Source: Escherichia phage JacquesWildberger_Bas92. From it: 64,000 nucleotides of DNA. Each line of letters begins with the position of its first letter. Position 1 is the stretch's first letter. Positions 10,320 through 21,129 of this stretch are shown one piece after another. The notes beneath the pieces were generated by a model. That model was not told the DNA's origin. It worked only from the letters and a program-made list of their open reading frames with translations, and made no database searches. The DNA is taken from the sequence record PQ850610.1; one strand, written 5' to 3'. The translations under genes and the position numbers were made by a program.

Positions 10320-10339
10320 GCTCCCTTCGGGGAGCTTTA
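10320..10339 (+). terminator. terminator-like hairpin (short U tract)
   Basis: GCTCCC-ttcg-GGGAGC then ttta. Confidence 0.4.
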
Positions 10340-10352
10340 TGGAGGATTATAA

Positions 10353-12542
10353 ATGTCTAGAGAATTAATGCCCAAATCTGGGATAATGATGCCTCATGTG
10401 GTAGTTACTAGAGATGCCGCAGTTGTGGGTGTGTCTACAGTTGATGGCGTGGCAGGTGCTGTTAATTTAACAGATAAATATCTACAAAAGTCTGATGCTG
10501 AAGCAACATATCAAACGAAAGCAGAAGGGGCTACTAAGCAATATGTAACCGATGCTATTAACCCTATTATGACAAATGCTCTGTTTAAAGATGACCCTTT
10601 TGTCAATAATGATACACCTATCCGCTCTGGTGGTGGTAATGGTGTTGAATCAGTGGATATGATTAAAGTTACTCCCGAGAACTCTATCAAACTAGGGAGT
10701 TATGCTTCTTCTGTTCAGGGGGTTGAGATTCACTCTGCTGGTCGTGTTCAGGTTGTTGATCAGAATGATGGTGGAGTAGAAACTAAGTATCCTGTTTATT
10801 CTAAACGTTATCGTCCTGAGATTGAGGATTTGCCTTTTGCTGCTATTGGTTCTTATGTTAAAGATTCCAAGGGTCGTACTATTGGGGTTACTCGTACAGG
10901 GATTAACTCTGATATCAAACAGCTTACTCAGAAGGTGACTTTCACTCAACCAGTTACTGTTCCTGATGCAGTTGGAGATTATGATGCGGTTACTTTGAGA
11001 CAGCTTCGAAACAGTGGTGGTGGTTCTGGTGGTCCTACCATGAGTGGTATTTCTAACTTTGGTATTGGTGATTTCCACTTACGAGACAGTCGAGCTTTTA
11101 TCCCAGCTTTTGAAGTGTTTTCTGATGGGCAGCTTCTAAATCGTGCTGATTATCCAGACCTGTGGGCTTATGCACAGCTGTTATCCCCTATTGAAGACTC
11201 TTTGTGGCTAGAAGACCCTTATCAAAGAGGCAGATACTCTAAGGGTGATGGCACAACTACTTTCCGTGTTCCAGACCGAAATGGTATTCAGTCTAATTCC
11301 CTTCCGGCTCTTTATGGACGAGGTGATGGTGGTGCTTCCGCAGCTAATGGTCAAGTGTTTGATTCTGCGGCCCCAGACATTATCGGCTCTGTTGCATCAT
11401 ACTCTGCTGGAACTTATGCCCAGCTTTTTGGAATAGCTACCAATGCATTTGAATCTAACAATGCCTTCTTTCCTGAAGGTGCAGGGGATACAATACCTCC
11501 GGGGTCTGGGCCAGTCGATGGTCGATATAACACTATTGAGTTTAAGGCTTCCAGATATAATGGAATTTACGGTCGCAGTAACTCAGAAATCATGGGTCGT
11601 AACTTTGTAGGTGTTTGGACTATTCGTGCGCATGGTGGTTTTACTGCTGCTAATACTTCTTGGTCAGTAATCAATAGTGATGCTTCAGAACCACCTACAG
11701 GTACTCCTATTACTGGTGGATTGGTTTCTTCTAAGTATGTAGTCGGAGGTGTTGATAAGTACCGTTCTTCCATACAACTACTAGGTGCTAACGAAGTTGA
11801 TCTGTCTACGAGAATTACCACCATAAATGATAGATATGCAATTGGGGCAGCTACTTGGGATTTTAAACTGGATGGGAAACTACTTTTTAATAAATCACTT
11901 ACCCCCAATGGGACAGGCTATTCTCCCGGAAACACCTATCTAACATTAGCCAACACTTGGATGACCTCTCCTTATAGTGGGTATGTTGGGTTTGTTGGGG
12001 GCGGCGTTGGTGTTTCTGGTGGCGGTTGGAGAAACTTCATCTCTTTAGGTTCTTTGATTTTCCCTGATACGAGTCATCCTACTGCTGTTATTTCTCAGGT
12101 TTATGATTATGACCTTTCTACAGGAAACCAACCTAATGGGGATATTGTCAGAAATACCTCTTTCAATGCTGGGAGTTATGATATCACTTTCGGTAACAAC
12201 TCCGGTACAGTAAACTACCTCTTCAGTAAGTCCCCTGTGTCTGATGAGAATAAAAAGCATGATATCACCCCCATCAGTACAGAACAAGCCCTTCTTAATA
12301 TAAACAAGATGAAATACAGCTCATTCATCTATAATTATGATGAGAAGAATATTGTTCGCAGAGGCTTTATTGCTCAGCAACTAGAGAAGATTGACAGTCA
12401 ATATGTACGTAAGTACAAAGATGCTACTGGAGGTGAAACACTCTCTTTGGATGAGAACGTTCTGCTTTTGGATGCACTAGCTGCAATCCAAGAACTTACC
12501 AAAAAGGTTGAAGTTCTAGAAGCGAAGTTAGCAGGTAAGTAA
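10353..12542 (+). CDS. tail fibre/spike with C-terminal intramolecular chaperone (S74-like) domain
   Basis: 729 aa; C-terminal ~100 aa (DENKKHDITPISTEQALLNINKMKYSSFIYNYDE...LEAKLAGK) resembles autoproteolytic chaperone domains of phage fibres. Confidence 0.6.
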   Translation: MSRELMPKSGIMMPHVVVTRDAAVVGVSTVDGVAGAVNLTDKYLQKSDAEATYQTKAEGATKQYVTDAINPIMTNALFKDDPFVNNDTPIRSGGGNGVESVDMIKVTPENSIKLGSYASSVQGVEIHSAGRVQVVDQNDGGVETKYPVYSKRYRPEIEDLPFAAIGSYVKDSKGRTIGVTRTGINSDIKQLTQKVTFTQPVTVPDAVGDYDAVTLRQLRNSGGGSGGPTMSGISNFGIGDFHLRDSRAFIPAFEVFSDGQLLNRADYPDLWAYAQLLSPIEDSLWLEDPYQRGRYSKGDGTTTFRVPDRNGIQSNSLPALYGRGDGGASAANGQVFDSAAPDIIGSVASYSAGTYAQLFGIATNAFESNNAFFPEGAGDTIPPGSGPVDGRYNTIEFKASRYNGIYGRSNSEIMGRNFVGVWTIRAHGGFTAANTSWSVINSDASEPPTGTPITGGLVSSKYVVGGVDKYRSSIQLLGANEVDLSTRITTINDRYAIGAATWDFKLDGKLLFNKSLTPNGTGYSPGNTYLTLANTWMTSPYSGYVGFVGGGVGVSGGGWRNFISLGSLIFPDTSHPTAVISQVYDYDLSTGNQPNGDIVRNTSFNAGSYDITFGNNSGTVNYLFSKSPVSDENKKHDITPISTEQALLNINKMKYSSFIYNYDEKNIVRRGFIAQQLEKIDSQYVRKYKDATGGETLSLDENVLLLDALAAIQELTKKVEVLEAKLAGK

Positions 12543-12548
12543 TCTAGT

Positions 12549-12568
12549 AGCCCCTTCGGGGGCTTTAG
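12549..12568 (+). terminator. terminator-like hairpin
   Basis: AGCCCC-ttcg-GGGGCT then ttta. Confidence 0.45.
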
Positions 12569-12636
12569 TAGTAAGTACCCTTAGTAAGTAATGAAACTAA
12601 TATATCCCAAGAGGTTAATATATAGGAGACACTCAA

Positions 12637-12855
12637 ATGAAAATGATGAAACAAGCTGCATATGGTTTAGTTTGTTTAGGTGCAGGTGTTGTGGTGTCAA
12701 CCGCAGTTCCTGTAGGCGCAGTTCTTCCATTAGTAACTGTCCCTGCTCCAGTAGAGAAACTTAGTTCTCAATGTAAGCAGCGAACCATTCAAAATAATCT
12801 AGTTGTTATTTGTCCTGATGCTGAATCTAACGCTCTGAGAAAGATACTACCTTAA
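12637..12855 (+). CDS. small membrane protein, putative holin
   Basis: 72 aa with one hydrophobic segment (AAYGLVCLGAGVVVSTAVPVGAVLPLV); immediately upstream of lysozyme. Confidence 0.35.
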   Translation: MKMMKQAAYGLVCLGAGVVVSTAVPVGAVLPLVTVPAPVEKLSSQCKQRTIQNNLVVICPDAESNALRKILP

Positions 12856-12884
12856 TTTAAAGGGACCACAAAAGGAGGTTAGAA

Positions 12885-13376
12885 ATGGATAACGCCGCAT
12901 TGCCACCTGTACAACTAAACTTAAGTCCAGCTGGAATGGAATTCATCATGAAGCATGAGGGTATGAGAACCAAGGCTTATAAAGATTCCGCAGGTATCTG
13001 GACGATATGTGTAGGGGCTACGCGCGATATGAATGGTTATCCGGTTAGACAAGGATTAACGTATTCTATAGAGGATTGTCTAGCTCTGCTAGATAGAGAC
13101 ACACAAGACTCTGTTCGTGCTACTCAGAAGAACATAAAGGTTCCTTTACTAGTTCATGAGTTTGATGCACTCACTTCTTTCAGCTTCAATGTTGGCAGTG
13201 GTGCTTTGAGCACATCTAAGTTAAGGAAGGTTATCAATGGAGAGGTCAAAGGTGATGTATACTCAGAGTTTCTTCGTTGGGATAAAATTACGGTGAATGG
13301 AGAGAAGCAGAGGAGTCAGGGTCTTCATAACAGAAGGGTTGCAGAAGCTGATCTTTACACCGAAGGTAAATATTAA
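12885..13376 (+). CDS. endolysin, T4-lysozyme-like (GH24)
   Basis: 163 aa; EGMRTKAYKDSAGIWTICVGAT matches catalytic E/D/T region of T4-type lysozymes. Confidence 0.8.
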   Translation: MDNAALPPVQLNLSPAGMEFIMKHEGMRTKAYKDSAGIWTICVGATRDMNGYPVRQGLTYSIEDCLALLDRDTQDSVRATQKNIKVPLLVHEFDALTSFSFNVGSGALSTSKLRKVINGEVKGDVYSEFLRWDKITVNGEKQRSQGLHNRRVAEADLYTEGKY

Positions 13377-13388
13377 TGGAGGTGCCTT

Positions 13389-14192
13389 TTGGCTATCGAA
13401 ACTAATGCGGTAGTTGTTACCGATTTAAACCCGCTCTATCCTAGAGACAGGGATTACATCTACGAAGGGGCGGCTCAAATCCGCCTCATTAAACAAACAT
13501 TACAGAACACATTCCCAAATGTTACAGAGCCAGTTCAGTTGGACTCAGATTCTCTCAATATTCTGGCTAGCAAAGTTACCTTTACTGGTGACTCTATGGA
13601 TGTTGGTGGGTTGATGATCAAGAATGCCACTCCGGGTACAGGTGATAGCGATGTTGTCACTAAAGGCCAGATGGAAGCTTTCATGCAGAACTGGATGGCT
13701 AATAAACTTTACAGGATTGGCTCTTACTATATCACTGAAGAAGATATTAACCCCGGTGATAGTTCTTCTCTTGGTTTTGGCTCTTGGGCTAAAGTGACTG
13801 GTGTCATTATGGGTACTGGTGTAGTAAACCCTGATGGCTCTGTCCCTAATGCTCAGAGAGTTGAGTTCCAAGCAGGTGGTACTGGTGGTCGTGTCTTCAA
13901 TACCATTCGAACAGAGAACGTACCTTTGATGACAGTTAATGGCTCCAGCTTCTCCTTATCCAGTAACACCCACAGCCACAATATGGTATTTGGTCGTGGA
14001 GATGCTAGTGGTCATAACAGCTCACCAAACTGGTATAGTCCAGGTGGTGGTTACAGTCAGAGAACTGATAATGACACTCACACTCATACAATCTCTGGTA
14101 GTGTAAGTCTTGGTCGTGATGATATCTCTCGTCAACCTATTAACACTTTGCCACCATTCAGAGCAGCTCACATTTGGAGACGTATTAGCTAA
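13389..14192 (+). CDS. tail fibre-like protein (TTG start)
   Basis: 267 aa; Gly/Ser/Thr-rich; SD ggaggtg 4 nt upstream of TTG. Confidence 0.4.
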   Translation: MAIETNAVVVTDLNPLYPRDRDYIYEGAAQIRLIKQTLQNTFPNVTEPVQLDSDSLNILASKVTFTGDSMDVGGLMIKNATPGTGDSDVVTKGQMEAFMQNWMANKLYRIGSYYITEEDINPGDSSSLGFGSWAKVTGVIMGTGVVNPDGSVPNAQRVEFQAGGTGGRVFNTIRTENVPLMTVNGSSFSLSSNTHSHNMVFGRGDASGHNSSPNWYSPGGGYSQRTDNDTHTHTISGSVSLGRDDISRQPINTLPPFRAAHIWRRIS

Positions 14193-14201
14193 GGAGGAAT
14201 T

Positions 14202-17200
14202 ATGGCGCTGTATCCAATAAAGTCACTAGGTGCTGTAGGCGTTATCGCTGATCAGGCTCCGACAGACTTAGCTCCTAATGCTTTCACTAATGCTATAAAT
14301 GCTCGATTTGTTGAGCAGAGAGTGTTTAAGACGGGGGGCAATGCCCCTCTTTCTTATGTAGATGAAGATAAGGATTTAACCCCTCTGTCTTTCGTGTCTA
14401 TGCCTTTCGATTATTATAGCGCAGGTAATAGCTTTCTTGTTGTAGGTACGAATAAGAAGTTATATAAACTGACAGATGAAAGCTTGACTGACATTAGCCG
14501 TAAGGTTGCTACAGTCACTAAGAAGGCTTCTGCCTCAATTAAGATCTATCCAGTTGTTTCTCAAATCGTTCCTAAAGAATCAACTATTTCAATGAACTTC
14601 AATCAGACTAAGAATCTAGAAGTTTCTCTTCTTCCTGCTGATGCTAACAATACCGACCTTGTTTGGGAGGTTAGTAATTCAACCTATGGAAGTATTGCAG
14701 TAGACCCTAATGATTCTAAACTTGCTACTCTAACATCTTTTGAGAGAGAGGGGAATCTTGTAGTAACCATCTCTACTGCTGATGGTTCTGTAGTGGCTCA
14801 GATTGCTGTGAACATTATAGATGGTGATTCGGGAATCTTCTTGAGTCAGGACACTGTTACTATCCGTAAAGGAGGGACTACCACTCTTACGGCTGTTACT
14901 GGTAAAACCCCTGTTACTTGGTCTAGCAGTAATGCTTCTATTGTATCCGTAACCCCTAACGCTAATTCTCTAACTGCTGTTATTACTGCTAATGGTGAGG
15001 GCAACGTAACAATCACTGCCGATAATGGAACGAAGACTGCTTCTTGTGAGGTTGTTTCTATACCTCAGATTGATAGCATCTCTTTAAGCCAGTCGGATGT
15101 TATTGTAAGCAGAGGTTCTCAGTACATCTTAACTGCTACCCTTTCTCCTGCTGATGCCCCTAATCAAAACATTACTTGGACCTCTTCTAATCCAAATATT
15201 GCAACAGTATCAGGGACTAGTACACAAGGGACGATCAATGCCTTACTTGCTGGATTTACTGAGATTACGGCTACCACTGAAGAAGGTAACAGAGTTGCTG
15301 TCTGTACTGTACGAGTAGATTTAGCTGGAAGGGCGATGAGAACAAGTGCTATGGCATTTGCTGCACCTGCATCAGAACCAATTGAATCACAAGAGGAAGA
15401 AGTAGTAACTTCTCCTGAAAGTGAAGAGACGGTTTATTTTGCTGATCCTGTGTCTGGTATCGATACGTCAGGGATGTATGAAGGTAATAACTTCTACGAC
15501 TACTCTAACGTGAACGACATTGAAGGTTTTGCAAGAGCTTCTTTACTAGAAACCCCTTTGTCATCCGTAACCTTGGATGTTGTCAGTGCTTCTCTTGATG
15601 TTGGTGAGGAAATAGTTATTACAGCTACAGCTTCTCCAGAAGGTGAGTATTCCTATCAGTGGTCTGTCGATAAGACTGGTTATGTTTCTACAACTTCAGT
15701 TACTGGTAAATCTATCAAACTGGTTGCTCTTCGTAAAGGAGAGATTAACGTAACATGTACTGTCAGTCAGATGACTCAGAAAGATTACGATGCTTTTGAT
15801 GACTACCCTTGGTATCACGCTGTTATCTCTAACTGTGCAGTTGCTACAACTCACTATGAAACTCCTCAGGTAAAAGAGTTCGAATCAGAATACTTTGTAG
15901 ACCTTCCGGGGTGGGGTGAGCAAACAGTTGTTGATAGTGATGGAAACCCTTCAGTCAAAAAGTTTAACTGGAAATGTGAGAGAGTAAGATCTTTTAACAA
16001 CCGTCTTTTTGCTCTGAATATGAGAGAGGCTAATGCTTCTGGTGTTACCACTAACTACCCTCTTCGTCTTCGTTGGTCTAATTTTGCCAACGAGAACAAA
16101 GCTCCTACTTTATGGGATGACTTTGCCTATGATCGAGTTGTGTCTTCGGACTTGGCTTCTAACATCGTAGGACAGACTCAGGCTTTAGAAAATGGATATG
16201 CTGGTTACATCGACTTAGCTGACTCTAACGGCAGCTTGATTGATATCCTACCTCTTAAAGATTACTTGTTCGTTTATACAGAGTTTGAAACGTACATTGG
16301 TTCTCCAACTAATAACACGTACCAACCTCTGATGTTCAAGAAACTCTTTAACGATTCCGGTATCCTTGCTCCTGAGTGTGTAGTAGAAGTTGAAGGTAGT
16401 CATTTCGTAGTTACTCAGAACGATGTAATCTTACACAATGGTGCAACTAAGAAGTCAATCGCTTCTAACCGTGTTAAGAATATGCTAATTAATGAGATAT
16501 GTCTGGTTAACCCTTTAGCTACTCGAGTACATTTGCATCAGGATAAGAAAGAAGTTTGGATTCTGTACGTAGGTCCGGGAGAACCAAAAGAAAGCTTCGC
16601 TTGTACTAAAGCTGCTGTATGGAACTACGAGTTTGATACTTGGTCCTTCCGTACTATTCCTTATGCTCAGTGTATCGGTCTAGTTGACCCTCCTGTTTTA
16701 GAGAGAGGTCCAATCTGGTCTGACTTCCAAGAGATCACTTGGGATGACCAATCTATCAAAGAACTCGTTTGGAGAAAGGATGCAACAAACTTTAGACAGA
16801 GGGTTACGATAGTAGGTTCGTTCTTGAGGGGGTTCTATCAAGTGGATGTAGGTGCTCTTGATTATTTCTATGATAGGCTTAATGATAAGATTATAGAAAA
16901 ACCACTGGAGATGAGGTTAGAGAGAACTGGCATTGATTTTGATAACATCACTAATGAGTGGAATCAAAAGCATATCAATAGGTTCAGACCTCAGACGACA
17001 GGTTCTGGTACGTATACTTTTGAGGCGGGTGGTAGTCAATTCTCTAACGAGTATGGTCATCCACATACATCCAAGACGTATACGATTGGTGTTGATAGGC
17101 ATGTCTCGGTGAGACTGAACCATCCATACCTTTTCTATAATGTTATAGATAATGATGTTAACAGCAATGCTGCTATCAATGGATTAACGATAGAGTTTGC

Positions 17201-17219
17201 TGTTGGCGGGCGGAGATAA
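14202..17219 (+). CDS. large tail/virion protein with tandem bacterial Ig-like (Big_2) domains
   Basis: 1005 aa; several ~80-aa segments with Big_2-like pattern (e.g. VTSVSPNANSLTAVITANGEGNVTITA). Confidence 0.5.
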   Translation: MALYPIKSLGAVGVIADQAPTDLAPNAFTNAINARFVEQRVFKTGGNAPLSYVDEDKDLTPLSFVSMPFDYYSAGNSFLVVGTNKKLYKLTDESLTDISRKVATVTKKASASIKIYPVVSQIVPKESTISMNFNQTKNLEVSLLPADANNTDLVWEVSNSTYGSIAVDPNDSKLATLTSFEREGNLVVTISTADGSVVAQIAVNIIDGDSGIFLSQDTVTIRKGGTTTLTAVTGKTPVTWSSSNASIVSVTPNANSLTAVITANGEGNVTITADNGTKTASCEVVSIPQIDSISLSQSDVIVSRGSQYILTATLSPADAPNQNITWTSSNPNIATVSGTSTQGTINALLAGFTEITATTEEGNRVAVCTVRVDLAGRAMRTSAMAFAAPASEPIESQEEEVVTSPESEETVYFADPVSGIDTSGMYEGNNFYDYSNVNDIEGFARASLLETPLSSVTLDVVSASLDVGEEIVITATASPEGEYSYQWSVDKTGYVSTTSVTGKSIKLVALRKGEINVTCTVSQMTQKDYDAFDDYPWYHAVISNCAVATTHYETPQVKEFESEYFVDLPGWGEQTVVDSDGNPSVKKFNWKCERVRSFNNRLFALNMREANASGVTTNYPLRLRWSNFANENKAPTLWDDFAYDRVVSSDLASNIVGQTQALENGYAGYIDLADSNGSLIDILPLKDYLFVYTEFETYIGSPTNNTYQPLMFKKLFNDSGILAPECVVEVEGSHFVVTQNDVILHNGATKKSIASNRVKNMLINEICLVNPLATRVHLHQDKKEVWILYVGPGEPKESFACTKAAVWNYEFDTWSFRTIPYAQCIGLVDPPVLERGPIWSDFQEITWDDQSIKELVWRKDATNFRQRVTIVGSFLRGFYQVDVGALDYFYDRLNDKIIEKPLEMRLERTGIDFDNITNEWNQKHINRFRPQTTGSGTYTFEAGGSQFSNEYGHPHTSKTYTIGVDRHVSVRLNHPYLFYNVIDNDVNSNAAINGLTIEFAVGGRR

Positions 17220-17225
17220 CAACAA

Positions 17226-17253
17226 GGGGCTTCGTGCCCCTTTTATTGTTTTT
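17226..17253 (+). terminator. rho-independent terminator
   Basis: GGGGC-ttcgt-GCCCC followed by ttttattgttttt. Confidence 0.5.
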
Positions 17254-17263
17254 GGAGGAACTT

Positions 17264-18232
17264 ATGGGTGCAGGTGGTTTTCGTAAGAACACTGGTCGCA
17301 ATAACACCACACTCCCGTACAACGTTGGGTTTCTCAATAATGTACAGGACACAGAAACTTATAACGTAGCCGTTTATGATGAACTACAGAAAGTCAGCAC
17401 AGCTACTAACCAAATGTTCCAAGCTATAGATGAAATTCACGAAGAGATTGATGTTCGTATCAAAGCTCTTCATGCGATGAATCTACAATTTGATGAGCTT
17501 GAGAATAGAATTACTACAGAGATAGAAACAGCTATTGCAGACATTCAAACACAGATGGGGAACCTCTCCACTGATGATATTTGGGATAACTCTGTTCAAC
17601 CTCCGGTAAAGCTAGAAAGCACAGTATCTGGCTTTAAGACAAGTATTGAAGGTAACACAACTAAAATACAGACTGTCGAAGGTATTGTTAATGATCAAGG
17701 TCAAGAGATTGCTTTAGTTCAGACAGAGATTCAAAACATTAATGGAAGCCTATCTCAGTATATGAAGCTCTCTGAGTATGAAGCTACGTGGGGTGTTAAC
17801 TCTTCTGTTAATGGTCAGTACGCTGGAGTTAAGCTAACTAACAACGGAACAAACAGTCAATTCCAAGTAACCGCTAACAAGTTTGTTGTCGGTGATGGTA
17901 CGACAGGGAATACACCATTTGTGTTTGAGAATGGAAGAGCTAGGATGGAGTTCGCTGATATAAAGAACGTCAACATCACAACAGCTCAGGTTGCCAACGC
18001 TAGGATTCAGTGGGCACAGATTGATAACGTATCCATCTCCAACGCCCAAATTCAGAACTTGTCAGCGGATAAAATCACTGCTGGTTCTATGTGGGGTTCT
18101 AACTGGAGACTTACTGTTGGGGGTGACTTTGTTATGGGCGGCACAGGTGGGGCACAATTGTGGATGAATGGGAACAGGATAGACTTCTATGATGGAAGTG
18201 GTGCTCTGAGAATTAGGATAGGGAGTTGGTGA
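17264..18232 (+). CDS. tail protein (start corrected to ATG 17264)
   Basis: SD ggagg 5 nt upstream of 17264; track start 17234 lies inside terminator; N-terminal coiled coil then beta-rich region. Confidence 0.4.
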   Translation: MGAGGFRKNTGRNNTTLPYNVGFLNNVQDTETYNVAVYDELQKVSTATNQMFQAIDEIHEEIDVRIKALHAMNLQFDELENRITTEIETAIADIQTQMGNLSTDDIWDNSVQPPVKLESTVSGFKTSIEGNTTKIQTVEGIVNDQGQEIALVQTEIQNINGSLSQYMKLSEYEATWGVNSSVNGQYAGVKLTNNGTNSQFQVTANKFVVGDGTTGNTPFVFENGRARMEFADIKNVNITTAQVANARIQWAQIDNVSISNAQIQNLSADKITAGSMWGSNWRLTVGGDFVMGGTGGAQLWMNGNRIDFYDGSGALRIRIGSW

Positions 18233-18233
18233 T

Positions 18234-19253
18234 ATGGCATATGGAATATGGTGTCAACCGGTAGGTCCGGGGCCAGCCGCCCCTGCCTCTCTTTTTATAG
18301 ATAGTAATTTAACATTTCCACAATATCTAGGAGCATACAACATATCTCCTTCGTGGAGTGCTAGAAATGCTTCTTTTAACGTAGGCTCTTTTGATGGTCA
18401 AGGTGAGTTATTAATTGTCCCGACTAGTAGACTTATTCAAGATTATTATGTAGGGACAGATTTAATGCCTAGTTTTAGTTATGTAACAGGTATAGGGACT
18501 TCTGGACAAACAGTAAATATTAACATAGAGCCTGCTGGAGCTAGTGGTAACAATAACAGAAACTTCCCAATGTCTTTCCAAGCATATAAACTCTGGCCTA
18601 GAGGTAATAGAAGCTACGGAATAACTTTCTCAAACTCAGCAGATTTCTTTTCTATCTCTGATAGTGGGGTTGTTGGTCAGTGTGTTTGGGCGTACAGAGG
18701 GGCTGTAGGAGACGGTTTTACTGTCCCTAATGCTGGCCCCAACGCTCTAGTATTTGCCAACTGGAATCAGGGTGGGGTGTGTGCTTCTTACAACGCAAGC
18801 AACGGTCAAATGATCATAACCCACGATAGATCAAACCAGTCTGGCAGTAACAGAGGTGCAGTAATATATGATATGAGAATTGCTGTTTTTGCTAGTGGTG
18901 TGGGTGTACCAGAACATAATGGAGGTCTGAATATATACTCTCCCGGAACTACAACTTGTGTATTCTCTACTTACAGGACTCCGTTTGCTATCAGCAGGTT
19001 CTTCCCATCTAGTGGGGGTTATACAGGTCTAGGCATTCCTATGATGTGTATGAATGTCACTAATGGAGCCATAACAGCGCAAGGTGGTGGATGGATGTGG
19101 GTTCATGAAAGATCTCATACAATGAGTGGTACGTCAGTAGGAACAGGCTTTGGCCCACTCGTGGCTAACTGGACTGACCGATACCCAATCAACGTTAACA
19201 TAAACCTAGGATTCAATTACCCAATGTTGGAAGGTTCTTTAATTTATGCATAA
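18234..19253 (+). CDS. virion structural protein
   Basis: 339-aa ORF translationally coupled to upstream gene (TGATATG). Confidence 0.35.
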   Translation: MAYGIWCQPVGPGPAAPASLFIDSNLTFPQYLGAYNISPSWSARNASFNVGSFDGQGELLIVPTSRLIQDYYVGTDLMPSFSYVTGIGTSGQTVNINIEPAGASGNNNRNFPMSFQAYKLWPRGNRSYGITFSNSADFFSISDSGVVGQCVWAYRGAVGDGFTVPNAGPNALVFANWNQGGVCASYNASNGQMIITHDRSNQSGSNRGAVIYDMRIAVFASGVGVPEHNGGLNIYSPGTTTCVFSTYRTPFAISRFFPSSGGYTGLGIPMMCMNVTNGAITAQGGGWMWVHERSHTMSGTSVGTGFGPLVANWTDRYPINVNINLGFNYPMLEGSLIYA

Positions 19254-19262
19254 GGAGATATT

Positions 19263-20045
19263 ATGGCAATTAGAATGGGTATCGAAGAACTAGACCCAAT
19301 GGTGCAACAGGCTTCAAAGAAGTATGGAATACCAGCTGCTTTGATTCATGCTGTAATCCAAAGGGAGTCTAGCGGTCGTCCTACGGTGGCCTCCGGAACT
19401 GGTCCTGTAGGTTTAATGCAGATCAGTAAAGGGGTAGCCAAAGATTATGGTTACAAACTAGAAGATAGACTTGACCCGGCAAAGAACATTGATATGGGTG
19501 CTCGTTACATCAGAGACAATCTGAAAGCTTTTAATGGTGATGTTAAGAAAGCGATGGTTGGTTATTCAGAAGGTATTAGTGGTGCTAAGCAGATGTTCGC
19601 TGGTAAAAGAGGTTTTACTTCTCAGGCTCTTGACTCAATGAATAACAAACACTTTCTCCCTTTCTATGGTGACGCATCTTCTCAGATTGCTAACCCTATT
19701 GGAGCTTTACAAGCTGTTCAGCCCGTCAACCAGTTCAGTTCGGACTATTTAGATAGAGAGAAGGCTGCACAAGCTCCAACTCAGGCAGAGATTGCTGCTT
19801 CTAAGACAGGTGCTTTAGGCGGTAATCCTGTAGGGTTTTACTCTGATGAAGTGCAGGAAGGTGAAGACCAGAAGCCCCAACAGAACTTTGGTAATGCAGT
19901 ATTAGGGGTGGCTGCTATGCTTGCTGGTAAACCTCCTACCTCTCAAACAGTTCAGAGGGCAAGTGCACCTCATGCAGCAGGTTCTCAGTACAGCCCACAA
20001 ACACAAGCAGTGCTTAGACGTCTGGCTAGCATTGGTGTTAAGTAA
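19263..20045 (+). CDS. internal virion protein with lytic transglycosylase (SLT) domain
   Basis: AVIQRESSGRPTVASGTGPVGLMQI matches SLT catalytic region. Confidence 0.7.
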   Translation: MAIRMGIEELDPMVQQASKKYGIPAALIHAVIQRESSGRPTVASGTGPVGLMQISKGVAKDYGYKLEDRLDPAKNIDMGARYIRDNLKAFNGDVKKAMVGYSEGISGAKQMFAGKRGFTSQALDSMNNKHFLPFYGDASSQIANPIGALQAVQPVNQFSSDYLDREKAAQAPTQAEIAASKTGALGGNPVGFYSDEVQEGEDQKPQQNFGNAVLGVAAMLAGKPPTSQTVQRASAPHAAGSQYSPQTQAVLRRLASIGVK

Positions 20046-20064
20046 TAATCGTTAAGGAGGACTT

Positions 20065-21117
20065 ATGTCTTTATTTGGAAAATCAGCTTCTAGCAAAACC
20101 TCAGTGGCTCCTTCCTCTCAGGTTGATGCCCTGCTGAAGCAGATTGTTGCTAATGCTCAGAATATGCAGAACAACGATCAGGGATTCATTTCCCAACAGC
20201 TGGCTGGGTTTAATGGCAACCAACAAGGTGCTCTGAACAACTTGGCAGCTTCTACTACTCAAAAGCAATTGGCTGATATGTACACACCTCGTACACAGCA
20301 AGGGCTAGACCAACTGAATTCTCTTGCCCAGCAGTATCAGAATATTGTTAATGGTGGTGGCCTGACTGCTGACGGTGTTAATAACTTTAGTAGAGGTTTA
20401 AACAACTCAGCTCTTGCTCAAGCTACCAGTAAAGCAGCTTCCAATGTATCTCTTGGAAATGGTTCTGACTCAGGCTCTCTTCGTAGAGCTGCTGCTCAGG
20501 GTGCTGCTCTTAATGGTGCTAATACAAATCTCTCTCGTACCATCAATGGTAAGAACATGGGAATTAGTGCTCTTCAACAAGATCAAAACTTCCAGAGAGG
20601 TTTGCTTGGTGCTCAGTCTGGTTTAGCTGGACAGAACCTCAATCTCGGTGCACAAGGTGTTCAGGCAACTCAGCAAGCTATCCAGAATCAACTCATGGCT
20701 GGTAATTTACAACAGCAACAAGCTCAAGCTCAAGCAGATATCAATTGGCAGAATACTATTGGTTCTCGGCAGTATGGGTGGAATCAGCTTAATAATCAGC
20801 TTAATGTATTAAACAGTGTAAGCCCGATGGCTGGATATACGATTAAGAATGCTGCTCCGGGTATTAATACAGGACAACAGCTCCTAGGTGCTGGTATTAC
20901 TGGTTTAGGTATTGCAGGTCGTTTGGGTGCTTTCTCTCCTGACCAACAGACTCAGAATGCTTGGAGTTCCTATAACAATTCAGGCGGGCAATCTGGAATG
21001 GCTGGTCCTATGATTGGGGGTTCTAATCTTTCTCAACAGAAAGGTCAGTCTAACTGGTTATCCACAATGGGTAATAATATCTTAGGTGGTGTCTTAGGGG
21101 CATTCGGAGCAAACTAA
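20065..21117 (+). CDS. Q/N/G-rich internal virion protein
   Basis: 350 aa, low-complexity Gln/Asn/Gly-rich; N-terminus MSLFGKSASSKTS. Confidence 0.4.
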   Translation: MSLFGKSASSKTSVAPSSQVDALLKQIVANAQNMQNNDQGFISQQLAGFNGNQQGALNNLAASTTQKQLADMYTPRTQQGLDQLNSLAQQYQNIVNGGGLTADGVNNFSRGLNNSALAQATSKAASNVSLGNGSDSGSLRRAAAQGAALNGANTNLSRTINGKNMGISALQQDQNFQRGLLGAQSGLAGQNLNLGAQGVQATQQAIQNQLMAGNLQQQQAQAQADINWQNTIGSRQYGWNQLNNQLNVLNSVSPMAGYTIKNAAPGINTGQQLLGAGITGLGIAGRLGAFSPDQQTQNAWSSYNNSGGQSGMAGPMIGGSNLSQQKGQSNWLSTMGNNILGGVLGAFGAN

Positions 21118-21129
21118 AGGAGATTTGAT

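Noticed and set aside
12616-12624. Near-match TAATATATA upstream of putative holin
   Set aside because: One mismatch and only 12 nt from the ATG, which would exclude the SD from the transcript; not counted as a promoter.
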